Shown here: positions 1 through 9,811 of the stretch, one piece after another
Layout: each line of letters begins with the position of its first letter
How positions within the stretch are numbered: position 1 is the first letter of the stretch
Assembly (NCBI RefSeq): GCF_018336915.1
Contig: NZ_CP064923.1
Coordinates: forward strand, 1,290,001 to 1,322,000
Direction: 5' to 3'
Origin: Acaryochloris marina S15
GTDB lineage: Bacteria > Cyanobacteriota > Cyanobacteriia > Thermosynechococcales > Thermosynechococcaceae
Length of the DNA stretch: 32,000 bases
The notes under the pieces: generated by a model
What the model was told of the DNA's origin: nothing
Seen by the model: the letters and a program-made list of their open reading frames with translations, nothing else
Database searches by the model: none
Program-made: the position numbers and the translations under genes

Positions 1-421
1 CAGGAAAGATGAGTTGTTCTCGCAATCCTAAAGTGTAATTCCCCCGACCATCGAAACTTTTGGGACTTACCCCACGAAAGTCGCGAATTCTTGGCAAAGC
101 GAGATTTACCAATCGATCGAGAAAAGCATACATCCGCTCTCCTCTGAGGGTAACCATGACCCCGACGGGCATCCCTTGCCGAATTTTGAAGCCTGCAATC
201 GCTTTCTTGGCTCGGGTCACCACAGGTCGTTGACCTGTAATCACCGCTAATTCTGCCAGGGAGCGTTCGAGAGCTTTCGCGTTTTGTGATGCTTCGCCCA
301 AACCTCGGTTAACCGAAACCTTGGCTACTTTGGGGATTTCATGGGCATTTTTATACTTAAACTGTTCCTGTAATTTGGGAACGGCAGTATCGAGATAGAG
401 GGTTTTTAGTCGGACTGTCAT
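1..421 (-). CDS. rplE: 50S ribosomal protein L5, 3'-truncated by the window edge
   Basis: Reverse-complement from ATG at 419-421 reads [32 protein letters not shown]..., a typical L5 N-terminus. It sits directly downstream of rplX in the canonical operon order. It is absent from the ORF track because it has no stop in the window. Confidence 0.9.
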   Translation of the reverse strand, partial: MTVRLKTLYLDTAVPKLQEQFKYKNAHEIPKVAKVSVNRGLGEASQNAKALERSLAELAVITGQRPVVTRAKKAIAGFKIRQGMPVGVMVTLRGERMYAFLDRLVNLALPRIRDFRGVSPKSFDGRGNYTLGLREQLIFP

Positions 422-477
422 TACTTTTCTATCCTGTAGCGCCCTGGGCTTGGTCAGGGCAAAAATGAGCGTTGTCG

Positions 478-825
478 CTAGTCAATGATTTCACCAGTTT
501 TTTTCAGCATTCTGACCTTGCGGCCTGAATCGTCAAAGGTATAGCAAACCCGGCTAGCTACGTTTTCTTTGTTGGAGTACAGCATCACATTGGAACTATG
601 GATGGGGAACTCTACCGTAGAAATCTGACCTGATTCACTTTCAGAGCGAGGTTTGACATGCTTTGTTTTGATGTTGACGCCTTCAACCACAACTTGACTG
701 AGCTTGGGTAAAACATCAATCACTTCACCCACTTTGGCCTTGTCTTTGCCAGCGATGACTTGGACTGTGTCTCCCTTCTTGACGTGCATCTTGAAGCGTT
801 TAATAGTTGACTTTTTCTTAGCCAT
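478..825 (-). CDS. rplX: 50S ribosomal protein L24
   Basis: 115-aa ORF with a KOW-like motif ([21 protein letters not shown]). Its position between rplN and rplE fits. The start overlaps the rplN stop (TAATG). Confidence 0.95.
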   Translation of the reverse strand: MAKKKSTIKRFKMHVKKGDTVQVIAGKDKAKVGEVIDVLPKLSQVVVEGVNIKTKHVKPRSESESGQISTVEFPIHSSNVMLYSNKENVASRVCYTFDDSGRKVRMLKKTGEIID

Positions 826-1193
826 TAGAGCACCTCTGGCGCGAGAGAAACGATTTTAGTGAAGCTCTTGTCGCGGAGCTCACGAGCGACGGGGCCAAAC
901 ACACGCGTGCCTCTGGGATTGCCATCTGGGTTAATTAATACCGCGGCATTGTCGTCGAAGCGAATACTCATGCCGCTATCTCGACAAATAGATTTGCGAG
1001 TACGGACGATAACGGCTCTGACCACATCAGATTTTTTGACAGGCATGTTTGGGGTTGCATCTTTGACGGTGGCAATAATGACATCGCCAACGCCACCATA
1101 TCGACGGTTGCCGCCACCGATAACCCGGATGCACAACAAGCGTTTAGCGCCGCTGTTGTCCGCAACATTAAGTGTGGTTTCTTGTTGAATCAT
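825..1193 (-). CDS. rplN: 50S ribosomal protein L14
   Basis: 122-aa ORF beginning [17 protein letters not shown], the hallmark L14 N-terminus. Confidence 0.97.
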   Translation of the reverse strand: MIQQETTLNVADNSGAKRLLCIRVIGGGNRRYGGVGDVIIATVKDATPNMPVKKSDVVRAVIVRTRKSICRDSGMSIRFDDNAAVLINPDGNPRGTRVFGPVARELRDKSFTKIVSLAPEVL

Positions 1194-1204
1194 GATTCAG
1201 GTTC

Positions 1205-1456
1205 CTAGGGTCGATTAGCAGCCACTAAAACATCTGTTACCGTCCACCGCTTGGTGCGACTTAGGGGACGAGATTCTCGGATGCGCACGCGGTCACCAAC
1301 ATGGCAGGCATTTTCCTCGTCATGCACCTTATACCGGCGAGTTTGACCCACGATTTTTCCATACTTTCTATGAGGAACGCGGTTGGACACAGCGACTACA
1401 GCTGTTTTGTCCATCTTGTCACTGACAACAACCCCAATTCTTTCCTTAATAGCCAT
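1205..1456 (-). CDS. rpsQ: 30S ribosomal protein S17
   Basis: 83-aa ORF ([20 protein letters not shown]...) that is S17-like, in the expected operon position. Confidence 0.95.
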   Translation of the reverse strand: MAIKERIGVVVSDKMDKTAVVAVSNRVPHRKYGKIVGQTRRYKVHDEENACHVGDRVRIRESRPLSRTKRWTVTDVLVAANRP

Positions 1457-1511
1457 TTTTTCTTACTCCAATAGTCCAAATCCGACGCATATATTTTGAA
1501 AAGCCGAGGTG

Positions 1512-1709
1512 TTAACTTTGCTGCTGCTGTTTCAAGGTCAGAAGCTGGGCGATTTGATGCTGGATATGCTTGAACTGATGGGGTGCAATGGTTTCTTTGG
1601 TTGCTTTTTGAAAGCGAAGATCAAAAAGCTCTTTTTTCAACTCTTGAACCTTGGCATCTACTTCTTCTGCAGACAGGTTTTGCAAATCAGCCATTTTTGA
1701 GAATGCCAT
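1512..1709 (-). CDS. rpmC: 50S ribosomal protein L29
   Basis: 65-aa ORF containing LKKELFDLRFQKAT...PHQFKHIQHQIAQLLT, an L29 signature. Confidence 0.93.
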   Translation of the reverse strand: MAFSKMADLQNLSAEEVDAKVQELKKELFDLRFQKATKETIAPHQFKHIQHQIAQLLTLKQQQQS

Positions 1710-1712
1710 GAC

Positions 1713-2132
1713 TTAGGACTCCTCCTTGGGACGCGCAACGAATTTAGTTTTGATGGGCATCTTGAAGGCTGCCAGTCTCATGGCTTCCCGAGCTGTCTCT
1801 TCATTAACACCGTTCATTTCATACATGATCCGACCCGGCTTGACCACGGCCACCCAATATTCAGGGGCACCTTTACCAGAACCCATCCGGGTTTCTGCGG
1901 GGCGCATGGTGACAGGCTTGTCTGGGAAGATGCGAATCCAAATGTTTCCACCCCGGCGGACGTAGCGGGTCATGGCTCGTCGTCCTGCTTCAATTTGACG
2001 CGAGGTAATCCAGGAAGGCTCAAGGGCTTGGAGACCGTAATCACCGAAGCTGAGGGTGTTCCCTCGGGTGGCTTTACCGCGCATACGGCCCCGGTGTTGC
2101 TTACGAAATTTCGTTTTTCTAGGACTTAACAT
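1713..2132 (-). CDS. rplP: 50S ribosomal protein L16
   Basis: 139-aa ORF beginning [21 protein letters not shown], the canonical L16 N-terminus. Confidence 0.97.
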   Translation of the reverse strand: MLSPRKTKFRKQHRGRMRGKATRGNTLSFGDYGLQALEPSWITSRQIEAGRRAMTRYVRRGGNIWIRIFPDKPVTMRPAETRMGSGKGAPEYWVAVVKPGRIMYEMNGVNEETAREAMRLAAFKMPIKTKFVARPKEES

Positions 2133-2198
2133 AATCAGGAATCGGGGTAAGAGAGTAGCAGTGTCGAGCGACCGGCTCGCTAAACGGAAGAAGAGAAC

Positions 2199-2924
2199 TT
2201 ATTCAGAACGATCTTCAAATTGCTGACGGCGTCGCTGTTGCTGACGGCGTCGCTGTTGAGGTTCGCGATTGGTAGGCTGTTCATCCGCACCTGGAATGAT
2301 TTCACCCTTAAAGACCCAAACTTTGACCCCTAGAATGCCGTAGGTGGTGCTGGCGGTGCGGTAGGCATAGTCAATGTTGGCTCGTAGAGTATGCAGAGGC
2401 ACTCTACCTTCTCGGGTCCATTCACTTCGGGCAATTTCAGCGCCGTTAAGTCGGCCACCCACTTGGATTTTGATACCTTCGACACCAGCCCGCTGAGCCC
2501 GTTGAATGGCTTGACGTACGACTCGACGAAAAGATACTCGGCGAACCAACTGCTGGACAATATATTCAGCAATCAAGGTTGCTTCGGCATCAACCCGAGC
2601 CACTTCAACGACGTTGATGCGGATGGGGCGATCATCGCCAAGCTCTTTTTGGAGGCCGACTCTTAGGGACTCGATACCGCTTCCGCCTCGACCCACAACT
2701 ACGCCAGGACGGGCTGTTCGAACTTCTAAGTCAATCTGATCGGCTTTGCGCTCGATCCGCACGCCAGCGATGCCAGCATTGCTCAGGTTTTTGTTGACGT
2801 AATTACGAACTTTAAAGTCCTCTTGAAGGAGTTCGGGGTAGCGATCGGTATCGGCAAACCAGCGCGACCAGTGATCTTGTGTGATCCCTAGGCGAAAACC
2901 GGTTGGATGAATCTTTTGTCCCAC
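2199..2924 (-). CDS. rpsC: 30S ribosomal protein S3, with an Arg/Gln-rich C-terminal tail
   Basis: 241-aa ORF beginning [15 protein letters not shown]..., with KH and S3-C regions. The tail reads [13 protein letters not shown]. Confidence 0.97.
   Translation of the reverse strand: MGQKIHPTGFRLGITQDHWSRWFADTDRYPELLQEDFKVRNYVNKNLSNAGIAGVRIERKADQIDLEVRTARPGVVVGRGGSGIESLRVGLQKELGDDRPIRINVVEVARVDAEATLIAEYIVQQLVRRVSFRRVVRQAIQRAQRAGVEGIKIQVGGRLNGAEIARSEWTREGRVPLHTLRANIDYAYRTASTTYGILGVKVWVFKGEIIPGADEQPTNREPQQRRRQQQRRRQQFEDRSE
2221..2256. repeat. Perfect tandem duplication of an 18-nt unit (tgctgacggcgtcgctgt, two copies) inside the rpsC 3' end
   Basis: Read directly: 2221-2238 and 2239-2256 are identical. 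On the minus strand each unit encodes one Gln/Arg-rich hexapeptide of the S3 tail, which reads [13 protein letters not shown]. Confidence 0.9.
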
Positions 2925-2959
2925 AAAAATGTCCTCTGTCTATGGCTCAATAAAGGTGA

Positions 2960-3322
2960 CTAGCTGGCCTCGGCACTCACCGCAATGGTGATATGGCAAG
3001 TTGGCTTTTGAATTTGATAGGCTCGTCCTTGGGCACGAGGGCGAAACCGCTTTAAACGAGGACCTTGGTCTGCACAGGCGTGACTGATCACGAGATCTAC
3101 AGGGTCCAATCCGCGATTGGTCTCGGCATTAGCAACCGCTGAACGTAACACCTTTAAGACTGGCTCACAGGCTCGGTAAGGCATAAATTCGAGAACAATT
3201 AGGGCTTCTCGATAGCTCCGGCCTCGAATTTGATCCAGAACCCGGCGCACTTTCCGAGGAGACATGCGGATATATTTAGCTTTGGCGTAAGCGCCGTTGA
3301 TATCTTTAAGTTGCGTTGTCAT
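2960..3322 (-). CDS. rplV: 50S ribosomal protein L22
   Basis: 120-aa ORF ([25 protein letters not shown]) that is L22-like, in operon order. Confidence 0.96.
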   Translation of the reverse strand: MTTQLKDINGAYAKAKYIRMSPRKVRRVLDQIRGRSYREALIVLEFMPYRACEPVLKVLRSAVANAETNRGLDPVDLVISHACADQGPRLKRFRPRAQGRAYQIQKPTCHITIAVSAEAS

Positions 3323-3331
3323 CGCTTTATC

Positions 3332-3610
3332 CTACATCCGTGCTTTTTTATCGCCTTTGGAATGGCTTTTAAAGGTGCGAGTGGGGGCAAACTCACCCAA
3401 TTTATGTCCCACCATCTGTTCACTGACGTAAACCGGTACGTGCTGACGGCCATTGTGAACGGCAATGGTGTGACCGATCATTTGCGGGATGATGGTGGAT
3501 GCCCGTGACCAGGTTTTGATAACTTGCTTTTCGCCTTTTTCGTTGAGGTTTTCCACCTTGGTTAAAAGATGGTCAGCGACGAAGGGGCCTTTTTTCAGAG
3601 AGCGAGACAT
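3332..3610 (-). CDS. rpsS: 30S ribosomal protein S19
   Basis: 92-aa [19 protein letters not shown]...[17 protein letters not shown], canonical S19. Confidence 0.97.
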   Translation of the reverse strand: MSRSLKKGPFVADHLLTKVENLNEKGEKQVIKTWSRASTIIPQMIGHTIAVHNGRQHVPVYVSEQMVGHKLGEFAPTRTFKSHSKGDKKARM

Positions 3611-3651
3611 GGTTGAGTGAATGAAACGTCAAATAAACTGCAAACGGTAGA

Positions 3652-4515
3652 TTAAGACTGGCGTCCACCCCGACTTCGCTTGGAAGAACGGCGACGACGA
3701 CGGACAATCAGTTTGTTGCTCTGCTTCTTCTTTTTCCGGGTCTTATAGCCCAAGGTGGGTTTACCCCAAGGTGTTACAGGACCGCTGCGACCAATCGGTG
3801 CGCGTCCTTCACCCCCACCATGAGGGTGATCCACGGGGTTCATGACGGATCCTCTCACTTTCGGACGGCGAGCTTTCCAACGATTTCGACCGGCTTTACC
3901 GATAGTGATGTTGTTGGACTCGACGTTTCCGACTTGACCGATAGTTGCATAGCATCCTTTCTGGAAAAGACGAACTTCACCAGAAGGTAGCTTTAGGGTA
4001 ACCATCTTCCCTTCTTTGGCAACCACTTGAGCCATAGCACCAGCAGCACGGACCAATTGGCCGCCTTTGCCGGGAAGTAGCTCAACATTGTGGACTTCTG
4101 TACCTAGGGGGATTCTCTCTAGGGGAAGGGCGTTGCCCACCTCAATGGGAGAATCGGGGCCAGCTACGATAGTGGTGCCGACCTGCATATTACGAGGATG
4201 GAGAATATAACGTTTCTCACCATCTTTGTAGTTGACCAAGGCAATGCGAGCATTGCGGTTGGGATCATATTCGACGGTGGCGATGGTGCCGGGGACTCCT
4301 AGCTTGTTGCGATAGAAGTCGATGATCCGATAGCGACGCTTGTGACCGCCCCCTCGTCGCCGACTGGTAATGACTCCTCGGTTGTTGCGACCTTTGGCTC
4401 GATGCTTGGATTTGACCAAGGACTTTTCGGGCCGATCACGGGTGATCTCAGCGAAATCAGAACTCGTTTTTTGGCGAGTTCCAGCGGTATAAGGTCTGTA
4501 ATAGCGGATGCCCAT
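3652..4515 (-). CDS. rplB: 50S ribosomal protein L2
   Basis: 287-aa ORF with the [19 protein letters not shown] and [14 protein letters not shown] motifs. Confidence 0.98.
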   Translation of the reverse strand: MGIRYYRPYTAGTRQKTSSDFAEITRDRPEKSLVKSKHRAKGRNNRGVITSRRRGGGHKRRYRIIDFYRNKLGVPGTIATVEYDPNRNARIALVNYKDGEKRYILHPRNMQVGTTIVAGPDSPIEVGNALPLERIPLGTEVHNVELLPGKGGQLVRAAGAMAQVVAKEGKMVTLKLPSGEVRLFQKGCYATIGQVGNVESNNITIGKAGRNRWKARRPKVRGSVMNPVDHPHGGGEGRAPIGRSGPVTPWGKPTLGYKTRKKKKQSNKLIVRRRRRSSKRSRGGRQS

Positions 4516-4553
4516 TGCTATATCACTTCAAGAAAGACGTCAGAGAGTGGCAC

Positions 4554-4856
4554 TTAAACTTCTGGGAACAGGTTAATGGTGAATTCCGGTGCAAGGGTGA
4601 CGATGGCTCGCTTGTATTGAGCTTTGTGACCCATGAATTTGCCGACACGCTTCTTTTTGGCTGGCATATTGCTGGTGGAAATACCTGTTACTTTGACTTC
4701 AAACAGCTCTTCAATCGCAGCTCTGATTTGAGGTTTGGTCGCTCTGGGATCGACCTCAAATACATACTGGTTGTTTTCCAGAAGTAAGGTGGCTTTTTCA
4801 GTAACGATAGGCCGCCGGATTAAGTCGGCCAAACTGGTGGGTTTTACCTTAGTCAC
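4554..4856 (-). CDS. rplW: 50S ribosomal protein L23
   Basis: 100-aa ORF ([25 protein letters not shown]) that is L23-like. It overlaps the rplD 3' end by 8 nt. Confidence 0.95.
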   Translation of the reverse strand: MTKVKPTSLADLIRRPIVTEKATLLLENNQYVFEVDPRATKPQIRAAIEELFEVKVTGISTSNMPAKKKRVGKFMGHKAQYKRAIVTLAPEFTINLFPEV

Positions 4857-5481
4857 TGTAAACCTCCTGAATTTTTGCGATCGCAGATTGGGTTACCACA
4901 ATCTGATCTGCTGCGAGCAAATCGTAGACATTTAAGTTGCTAGCTAGGATTAGCTTCAGCTTTTCTACATTGCGGGCAGAAAGATAGATGGTGTCATGCT
5001 TGTCTGCCAGAATCAGCAGCGTTTTAGAGCCAGCAGCTACACCCCAGCGACCCATTGCTTCTAGCAAGTCTTTAGTTTTGGGCCGAGAGAGGTTATCACC
5101 GAAATCTTCTACTACAACCAAGTCTTCTGTTCGGCTAGTAAAGGCTGTTCTCAAGGCTAACCGTCGCTCTTTGCGGTTCATCTTGGTGGAATAGCTTCGA
5201 GGCTTAGGGCCAAAGATAACACCACCACCTCGCCAGAGGGGAGAACGACTCGAACCGGCACGGGCACGACCTGTACCTTTTTGTCGCCAGGGCTTACGTC
5301 CACCCCCGCGAACTTCAGCACGGGTTTTACTGGAGGCGGTTCCCTGGCGGGCATTGTTCATTTGACGACGGAGGGCGCGGTGAACGATATGGGCCGCATT
5401 CTCTTCGTTGGCAACTTTCAGATCAAGTTCTGCTTGACCTGCGTCCTCTCCTTGCCAATTTCTTACTACACAATTAACCAT
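4849..5481 (-). CDS. rplD: 50S ribosomal protein L4
   Basis: 210-aa ORF with the [19 protein letters not shown] motif. Confidence 0.96.
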   Translation of the reverse strand: MVNCVVRNWQGEDAGQAELDLKVANEENAAHIVHRALRRQMNNARQGTASSKTRAEVRGGGRKPWRQKGTGRARAGSSRSPLWRGGGVIFGPKPRSYSTKMNRKERRLALRTAFTSRTEDLVVVEDFGDNLSRPKTKDLLEAMGRWGVAAGSKTLLILADKHDTIYLSARNVEKLKLILASNLNVYDLLAADQIVVTQSAIAKIQEVYSD

Positions 5482-5521
5482 GTTCTTTCTCTGTAGGCGT
5501 CTTTAGGCATTCGGCACAAAA

Positions 5522-6160
5522 CTAGCTTTTGCCAACAATGGTTGCAGGCTGAATGTTGAGTAAAGCACCGGGCTTGCCGGGAACTGAACCCTTGATCAAC
5601 AAAACGTTGCGCTCAGCATCTACTCGCACAACGGTCAATTTACGAATGGTCTTTTTGACGTTCCCCATTTGTCCGGCCATTCGCTTGCCGGGATAGATGC
5701 GACCTGGGGTAGTACCTGCACCGGTTGAACCTGGGGCGCGATGGTTTTTAGAACCGTGACCCATGGGGCCTCGTCTGAAATTGTGGCGTTTTTGGTAGCC
5801 GGCGAAACCACGGCCAATACTGGTGCCGGAGACATCAACCAGCTGACCTTCCGAAAAACGGTCCGCGGAAATATTTTGACCTAGTTCAAATTCACTAACA
5901 TCGGCCAACCGATATTCATGAAGATGACGCTGCGGGGTTGAATCTGATTTCTTGAGGTGACCCAATTCAGGGCGCGTTAATGCTTTTTCGGTAGTGCTGC
6001 CATAGCCAATTTGAATGGCTGTGTAGCCATCCGTTTGGGCTGTTTTGATCTGGGTGACCGGACAAGGACCCGCCTGGACGACGGTGACTGGAATCGCACG
6101 ACCCGCTTCATCAAAAACCTGGGTCATTCCCAGCTTTGTTCCTAAAATACCGACAGACAC
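5522..6160 (-). CDS. rplC: 50S ribosomal protein L3
   Basis: 212-aa [21 protein letters not shown]... It uses a GTG start, preceded about 8 nt upstream by AAGGGAG on the coding strand. Confidence 0.97.
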   Translation of the reverse strand: MSVGILGTKLGMTQVFDEAGRAIPVTVVQAGPCPVTQIKTAQTDGYTAIQIGYGSTTEKALTRPELGHLKKSDSTPQRHLHEYRLADVSEFELGQNISADRFSEGQLVDVSGTSIGRGFAGYQKRHNFRRGPMGHGSKNHRAPGSTGAGTTPGRIYPGKRMAGQMGNVKKTIRKLTVVRVDAERNVLLIKGSVPGKPGALLNIQPATIVGKS

Positions 6161-6545
6161 AGTGAGCAGACTCCCTTACCTAAACACAATAGGGAAACCC
6201 CTATAAAACAAAAAAATTGACCCCAGGCCGCCATGAAGACGCAATATTGCCGAAACTCTAAGCCAGGAAGACATTAGAGTTAACGCCAATCTGAGAAGCA
6301 AGTTAATTGTAGAAACAACAGAAGCGTAAATTTGCTTCTCGGTCTTACGGACTTGGGTTATTTTCGGAACCCAGTATCCTGCACAAGCACCGATTAATCA
6401 TCATAGACTACGAATGAGTTCGTGTCTACATAAATTTTGATGAGTGGCTGAAATGCTTAGTGTTTCGCTTTCTCTTTATACCTTGAATGGAGTTATAAGC
6501 ATAGAGGCCGACCTAACATCTGCTTGAGGGTGATCCTTCCTATGG
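6161..6545 (-). promoter_or_regulatory. Promoter plus long structured 5' leader of the rplC-led ribosomal protein operon
   Basis: 385 nt with no ORF lie upstream of the first operon gene. The region holds several stem-loops, at 6254-6281, 6293-6340 and 6351-6375, and a plus-strand A7 run (U7 in the transcript) at 6210-6216. The promoter itself is not located. Confidence 0.45.
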
Positions 6546-7004
6546 CTATGAAGTTGAATGAATATCTAGAGCGACGTAGTTACCTAAAAATGTGGCGACT
6601 AATTGCTCCTCTGCATAGACTTCGACCGCTAGTTTGATGCGACTTTTGCCTTTTCTTTGCAGGATTTTGAGGAATCGCTGCCAGGTCTCTGCTGAGGGGG
6701 GTGAGCATCGTGCCTCAAAGTCACTGGTGACAGGCTGAAAATATTTCACGCTGTTATCTTGAATGACGATTCTGTAGGGATTTGACAAGGGTTGAAGCTG
6801 AGTATGGACGAAGGTCCATGCTGCCAAAATCGCTAGGGTTGAGATACTGCCACCGAAACCGGTTTGGCGATGATTAATATTCGGTTGCAGAGGAACTGAT
6901 AAGACGACGGATGGATGTAGGGCACTAACGGTCACCGCCATTGCTGCCGAAATCGGAATATGTTCGTGGAGATATTGTTCTACTGCTTTAGGGTCTGAAG
7001 TCAC
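6546..7004 (-). CDS. Putative hotdog-fold thioesterase, YiiD C-terminal-domain family
   Basis: 152-aa ORF. The pattern IPISAAMAV...PLQPNINHRQTGFGGSISTLAILAAW matches what I recall of the YiiD_C family consensus (PL.PN.NH.gTaFGGS). Confidence 0.7.
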   Translation of the reverse strand: MTSDPKAVEQYLHEHIPISAAMAVTVSALHPSVVLSVPLQPNINHRQTGFGGSISTLAILAAWTFVHTQLQPLSNPYRIVIQDNSVKYFQPVTSDFEARCSPPSAETWQRFLKILQRKGKSRIKLAVEVYAEEQLVATFLGNYVALDIHSTS

Positions 7005-7086
7005 GATAGTTTAGATGGGGCCTATCGTCTTAGTCTATTGTGATCTGTCTGGGCTTTGTGTTCTTGAACTGTGGCTTGTCTGGAAA

Positions 7087-8385
7087 TTAGGGAGCTAGTA
7101 ATTGACGGGTCTCGCGGGCGGCAGCAGCCATCGCAGCCTGGGGGCTGAGCTGTTGGGTAAAGGCTGCATTGAGATACCGTTGCAGAATGTCGGAGGCTTG
7201 GTCGTATTGGGCAATGGCAGGGCGCAACACGGTCTGTTCTTGAATGTCCCGGAGCATTGCGAAGTGGGGATATTTCGCCAAAATATCTGGATCGGCATAG
7301 AGCGATTTGAGAGTGGGGAGATATCCAAACTTTTGGACGACCTGCCTTTGAGCCGCTTCGCTGGAGAAAAACTGAATGACTTGCCAGGCTGCTTCAGGAT
7401 GTGGACTGGTGGTGGAAATCCCCCATCCCCAACCGCCTTGGCAGGCGCGTGCCAATTGTCCAGATTGAGATATCAGGGGATGAATACCTACTTTGCCTTG
7501 AACTGGTGAGGTGGGGGCGTTGATGAGAGACCAGGCATAGGGCCAGTTGCGCATGAATACCGCTTGACCATTTTGAAATAGACGACGGTTTTCTTCTTCT
7601 TGATAGCTGACCGTTCCGGGTGGTGAGAGGCCCTGTTTGAGGGTGTTGACGAGGAAGTCTAGGGCTGCGATCGCATCTTCCGTATCCAACCCCACTGCCA
7701 AAGTCTCAGGATCAATCCAATACCCACCAAACCCTGACAAAACCTCTAGGAACATGGCCGTTGTGCCTTCGGTTTGTTTCCCCGGCCATAAATAGCCCCA
7801 AGGAGTCCCCTGAGCTTGCAGAGCTTGGGAAATCTGGATTAAATCAGTAAAGGTGTCAGGGGGAGCGTAGCCATACTGATCGAGCAAGTCTTGGCGATAA
7901 TACAACGCCCCCACATCCGCTCGGACAGCAGGGTAGCGATAGAGTTTATTTTGAAATTTGCCACCTGCCCAGGCACCTGGCAAAAACTGGGCTTCTTGTT
8001 CGGGAGTGACTCTTGGTGATAGATCTTGCAACCAACCCGCAGCAGCAAACTTAGCCACCCAGGTGATATCCATATAGACCAAGTCGTAGGGGGCATTCCC
8101 CAACAAAAAGGCCGAAACGTAGAGGTCTTCGACAATATTGGAGGTGCTGGGGCCTTCAATGACCTCAATGCGAATATCAGGGTGTTGGGCTTCGAATTCA
8201 GCGATCAGGGGTTTCCAGATGGGGACTTCGAAGGCAGCCACCAAAAAACTGATCGTCACTGGCTCTGCCCTAGCAGGGGAGAGGCTAGAGACATTCAATA
8301 GCAAGGCACATAAAACAATGCCCAAGCACCTACCGATTTGTCTGAGCAGGGTTGGGGATTGAGGAGAGTCATTCTTTCCCCACAT
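7087..8385 (-). CDS. ABC-transporter extracellular solute-binding protein, family 1 and sugar-type, with an N-terminal signal peptide
   Basis: 432-aa ORF with a hydrophobic N-terminus ending ...SPARA/EP and a family-1 SBP-like sequence throughout. No permease or ATPase gene lies nearby. Confidence 0.75.
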   Translation of the reverse strand: MWGKNDSPQSPTLLRQIGRCLGIVLCALLLNVSSLSPARAEPVTISFLVAAFEVPIWKPLIAEFEAQHPDIRIEVIEGPSTSNIVEDLYVSAFLLGNAPYDLVYMDITWVAKFAAAGWLQDLSPRVTPEQEAQFLPGAWAGGKFQNKLYRYPAVRADVGALYYRQDLLDQYGYAPPDTFTDLIQISQALQAQGTPWGYLWPGKQTEGTTAMFLEVLSGFGGYWIDPETLAVGLDTEDAIAALDFLVNTLKQGLSPPGTVSYQEEENRRLFQNGQAVFMRNWPYAWSLINAPTSPVQGKVGIHPLISQSGQLARACQGGWGWGISTTSPHPEAAWQVIQFFSSEAAQRQVVQKFGYLPTLKSLYADPDILAKYPHFAMLRDIQEQTVLRPAIAQYDQASDILQRYLNAAFTQQLSPQAAMAAAARETRQLLAP

Positions 8386-8409
8386 AGCCAGCAGGCGGAG
8401 AATTGGCTA

Positions 8410-8934
8410 TTAAGTCCGAGGAGTGCGGTGGAGGGGCGGCATGATATAGGCCCCAAGTCCTAGGCCAGAAACTAAGCCAAAAATTGTGACGATAAAGTTG
8501 TTGTATTCCCACCAACCCCAAGATTGGGCATAGAGTTCAAAAGGATAGACTAAACAGAGGCCAATGGTGAGGATGAGGCCGGGTAAACCGTAGCGATTGA
8601 GCCAATAAGAGGCTTGACCTTGATTCACCGAGAACAGATAGCGCATTGTCACTAGCCCCATCAAGGTGCCGAAACAGCGCATACAAACAGCCATTAGGAA
8701 GGGCGGCATGAAGGCTAATCCCATCTCCGGTTGAGGGCAGACATGATCGCCCATAAAGTAGATGATGCTGGCAATCTGGGGCAGAATGGGCAATTCGGTT
8801 GAGGCCAGAAAGGGAGCGGCCAGTGGGCCAGACACTAATCCCACTAAAATGACATCAGCCATGATGCTGCGCCAGGGGCGAGGTTGTTTGACGAACTCCA
8901 CCGTTTGGGTGGGCCGTGCCACTGTCCGTACCAT
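8410..8934 (-). CDS. DUF2085-family integral membrane protein
   Basis: 174-aa ORF with several hydrophobic helices. The HVCPQ...CMRCFG pattern is characteristic of DUF2085. Confidence 0.65.
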   Translation of the reverse strand: MVRTVARPTQTVEFVKQPRPWRSIMADVILVGLVSGPLAAPFLASTELPILPQIASIIYFMGDHVCPQPEMGLAFMPPFLMAVCMRCFGTLMGLVTMRYLFSVNQGQASYWLNRYGLPGLILTIGLCLVYPFELYAQSWGWWEYNNFIVTIFGLVSGLGLGAYIMPPLHRTPRT

Positions 8935-8944
8935 TGAGATCCTC

Positions 8945-9652
8945 CTAAAATTCGATACCAGGTTGGGCTTTCACGCCTTGTTCGCGGAAAGGATGTTTGA
9001 CCAGGGTCATCTCAGTAACTAAATCGGCCTGGTCGATTAATTCTTTGGGGGCTCCTCGCCCGGTGAGGATGACGTGGGTGTCGGCAGGCTTAGCTTCCAA
9101 CCCGGCAACCACTGTGGCTACATCTAAGTAGCCATGTTTGAGGGCAATGTTGACTTCGTCCAACAGAACGAGGCGATAGTCAGGATTTTGAATATAGCTT
9201 AAGGCTTGTTCCCAGGCGGCTTTGGCTTTGGCGGTATCGCGCTCGCGATCTTGGGTTTCCCAAGTAAATCCTTCGCCCATGGCATGAAATACGAGCTGAT
9301 CGGGCCAGTTTCCTAGGACAGCTTTTTCGGCAGGCTCCCAAGCGCCTTTGATGAACTGAACAATGGCGACTTTATAGCCATGCCCGAGGGAACGCATGAC
9401 CATTCCTAAGGCGGCGGTGGTTTTGCCTTTGCCATTTCCGGTATGGACAATGACTAAGCCTTTCTCTTGCGATCGCTCGGCAACCCGCTGATCTTGCACC
9501 TGTTTGCGGCGCTGCATTTTCTGCTGATGCTGCTCTGCAGTGAGTTGTGAGTCAGTTGAGGGTGACGTGGAAGAGGCCGATTGAGTCATAGGAGTATCGG
9601 TAACAATGACTGGGCTCTTTAAATAGTAATGGTTTCCGGAAGATGCGATCAC
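8945..9652 (-). CDS. cobO: Cob(I)yrinic acid a,c-diamide adenosyltransferase (CobO/BtuR type)
   Basis: Contains the P-loop HTGNGKGKTTAALG, and QQKMQRRKQVQDQRV aligns with the BtuR N-terminus. The GTG at 9652 is uncertain, and the ATG at 9589 (MTQSASS) is a plausible alternative start. Confidence 0.9.
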   Translation of the reverse strand: MIASSGNHYYLKSPVIVTDTPMTQSASSTSPSTDSQLTAEQHQQKMQRRKQVQDQRVAERSQEKGLVIVHTGNGKGKTTAALGMVMRSLGHGYKVAIVQFIKGAWEPAEKAVLGNWPDQLVFHAMGEGFTWETQDRERDTAKAKAAWEQALSYIQNPDYRLVLLDEVNIALKHGYLDVATVVAGLEAKPADTHVILTGRGAPKELIDQADLVTEMTLVKHPFREQGVKAQPGIEF

Positions 9653-9811
9653 CTACATGTTTGAATTATCTAATATTCACTCTCTTCAACAATTACGACT
9701 ACAGCTTCACAGAGTATTGTCGAGTTGCTGTCAATTGAGATGAAAGCTGGGGCTGAAGGCTTAGTTAACAGTAGTTGCGAGTGGTCTAATGGAGAGCTGA
9801 TCTCGAAAATC

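Noticed and set aside
859-5838. Many 60-110-aa ORFs inside the ribosomal-protein operon, antisense or out of frame relative to the r-protein genes (for example 859-1188, 968-1168, 1509-1700, 1726-1965, 2330-2666, 3230-3508, 4342-4935, 4988-5496, 5635-5838)
   Set aside because: Each overlaps a confidently identified ribosomal-protein gene. Their products are compositionally odd and lack start-site support. They are shadow ORFs.
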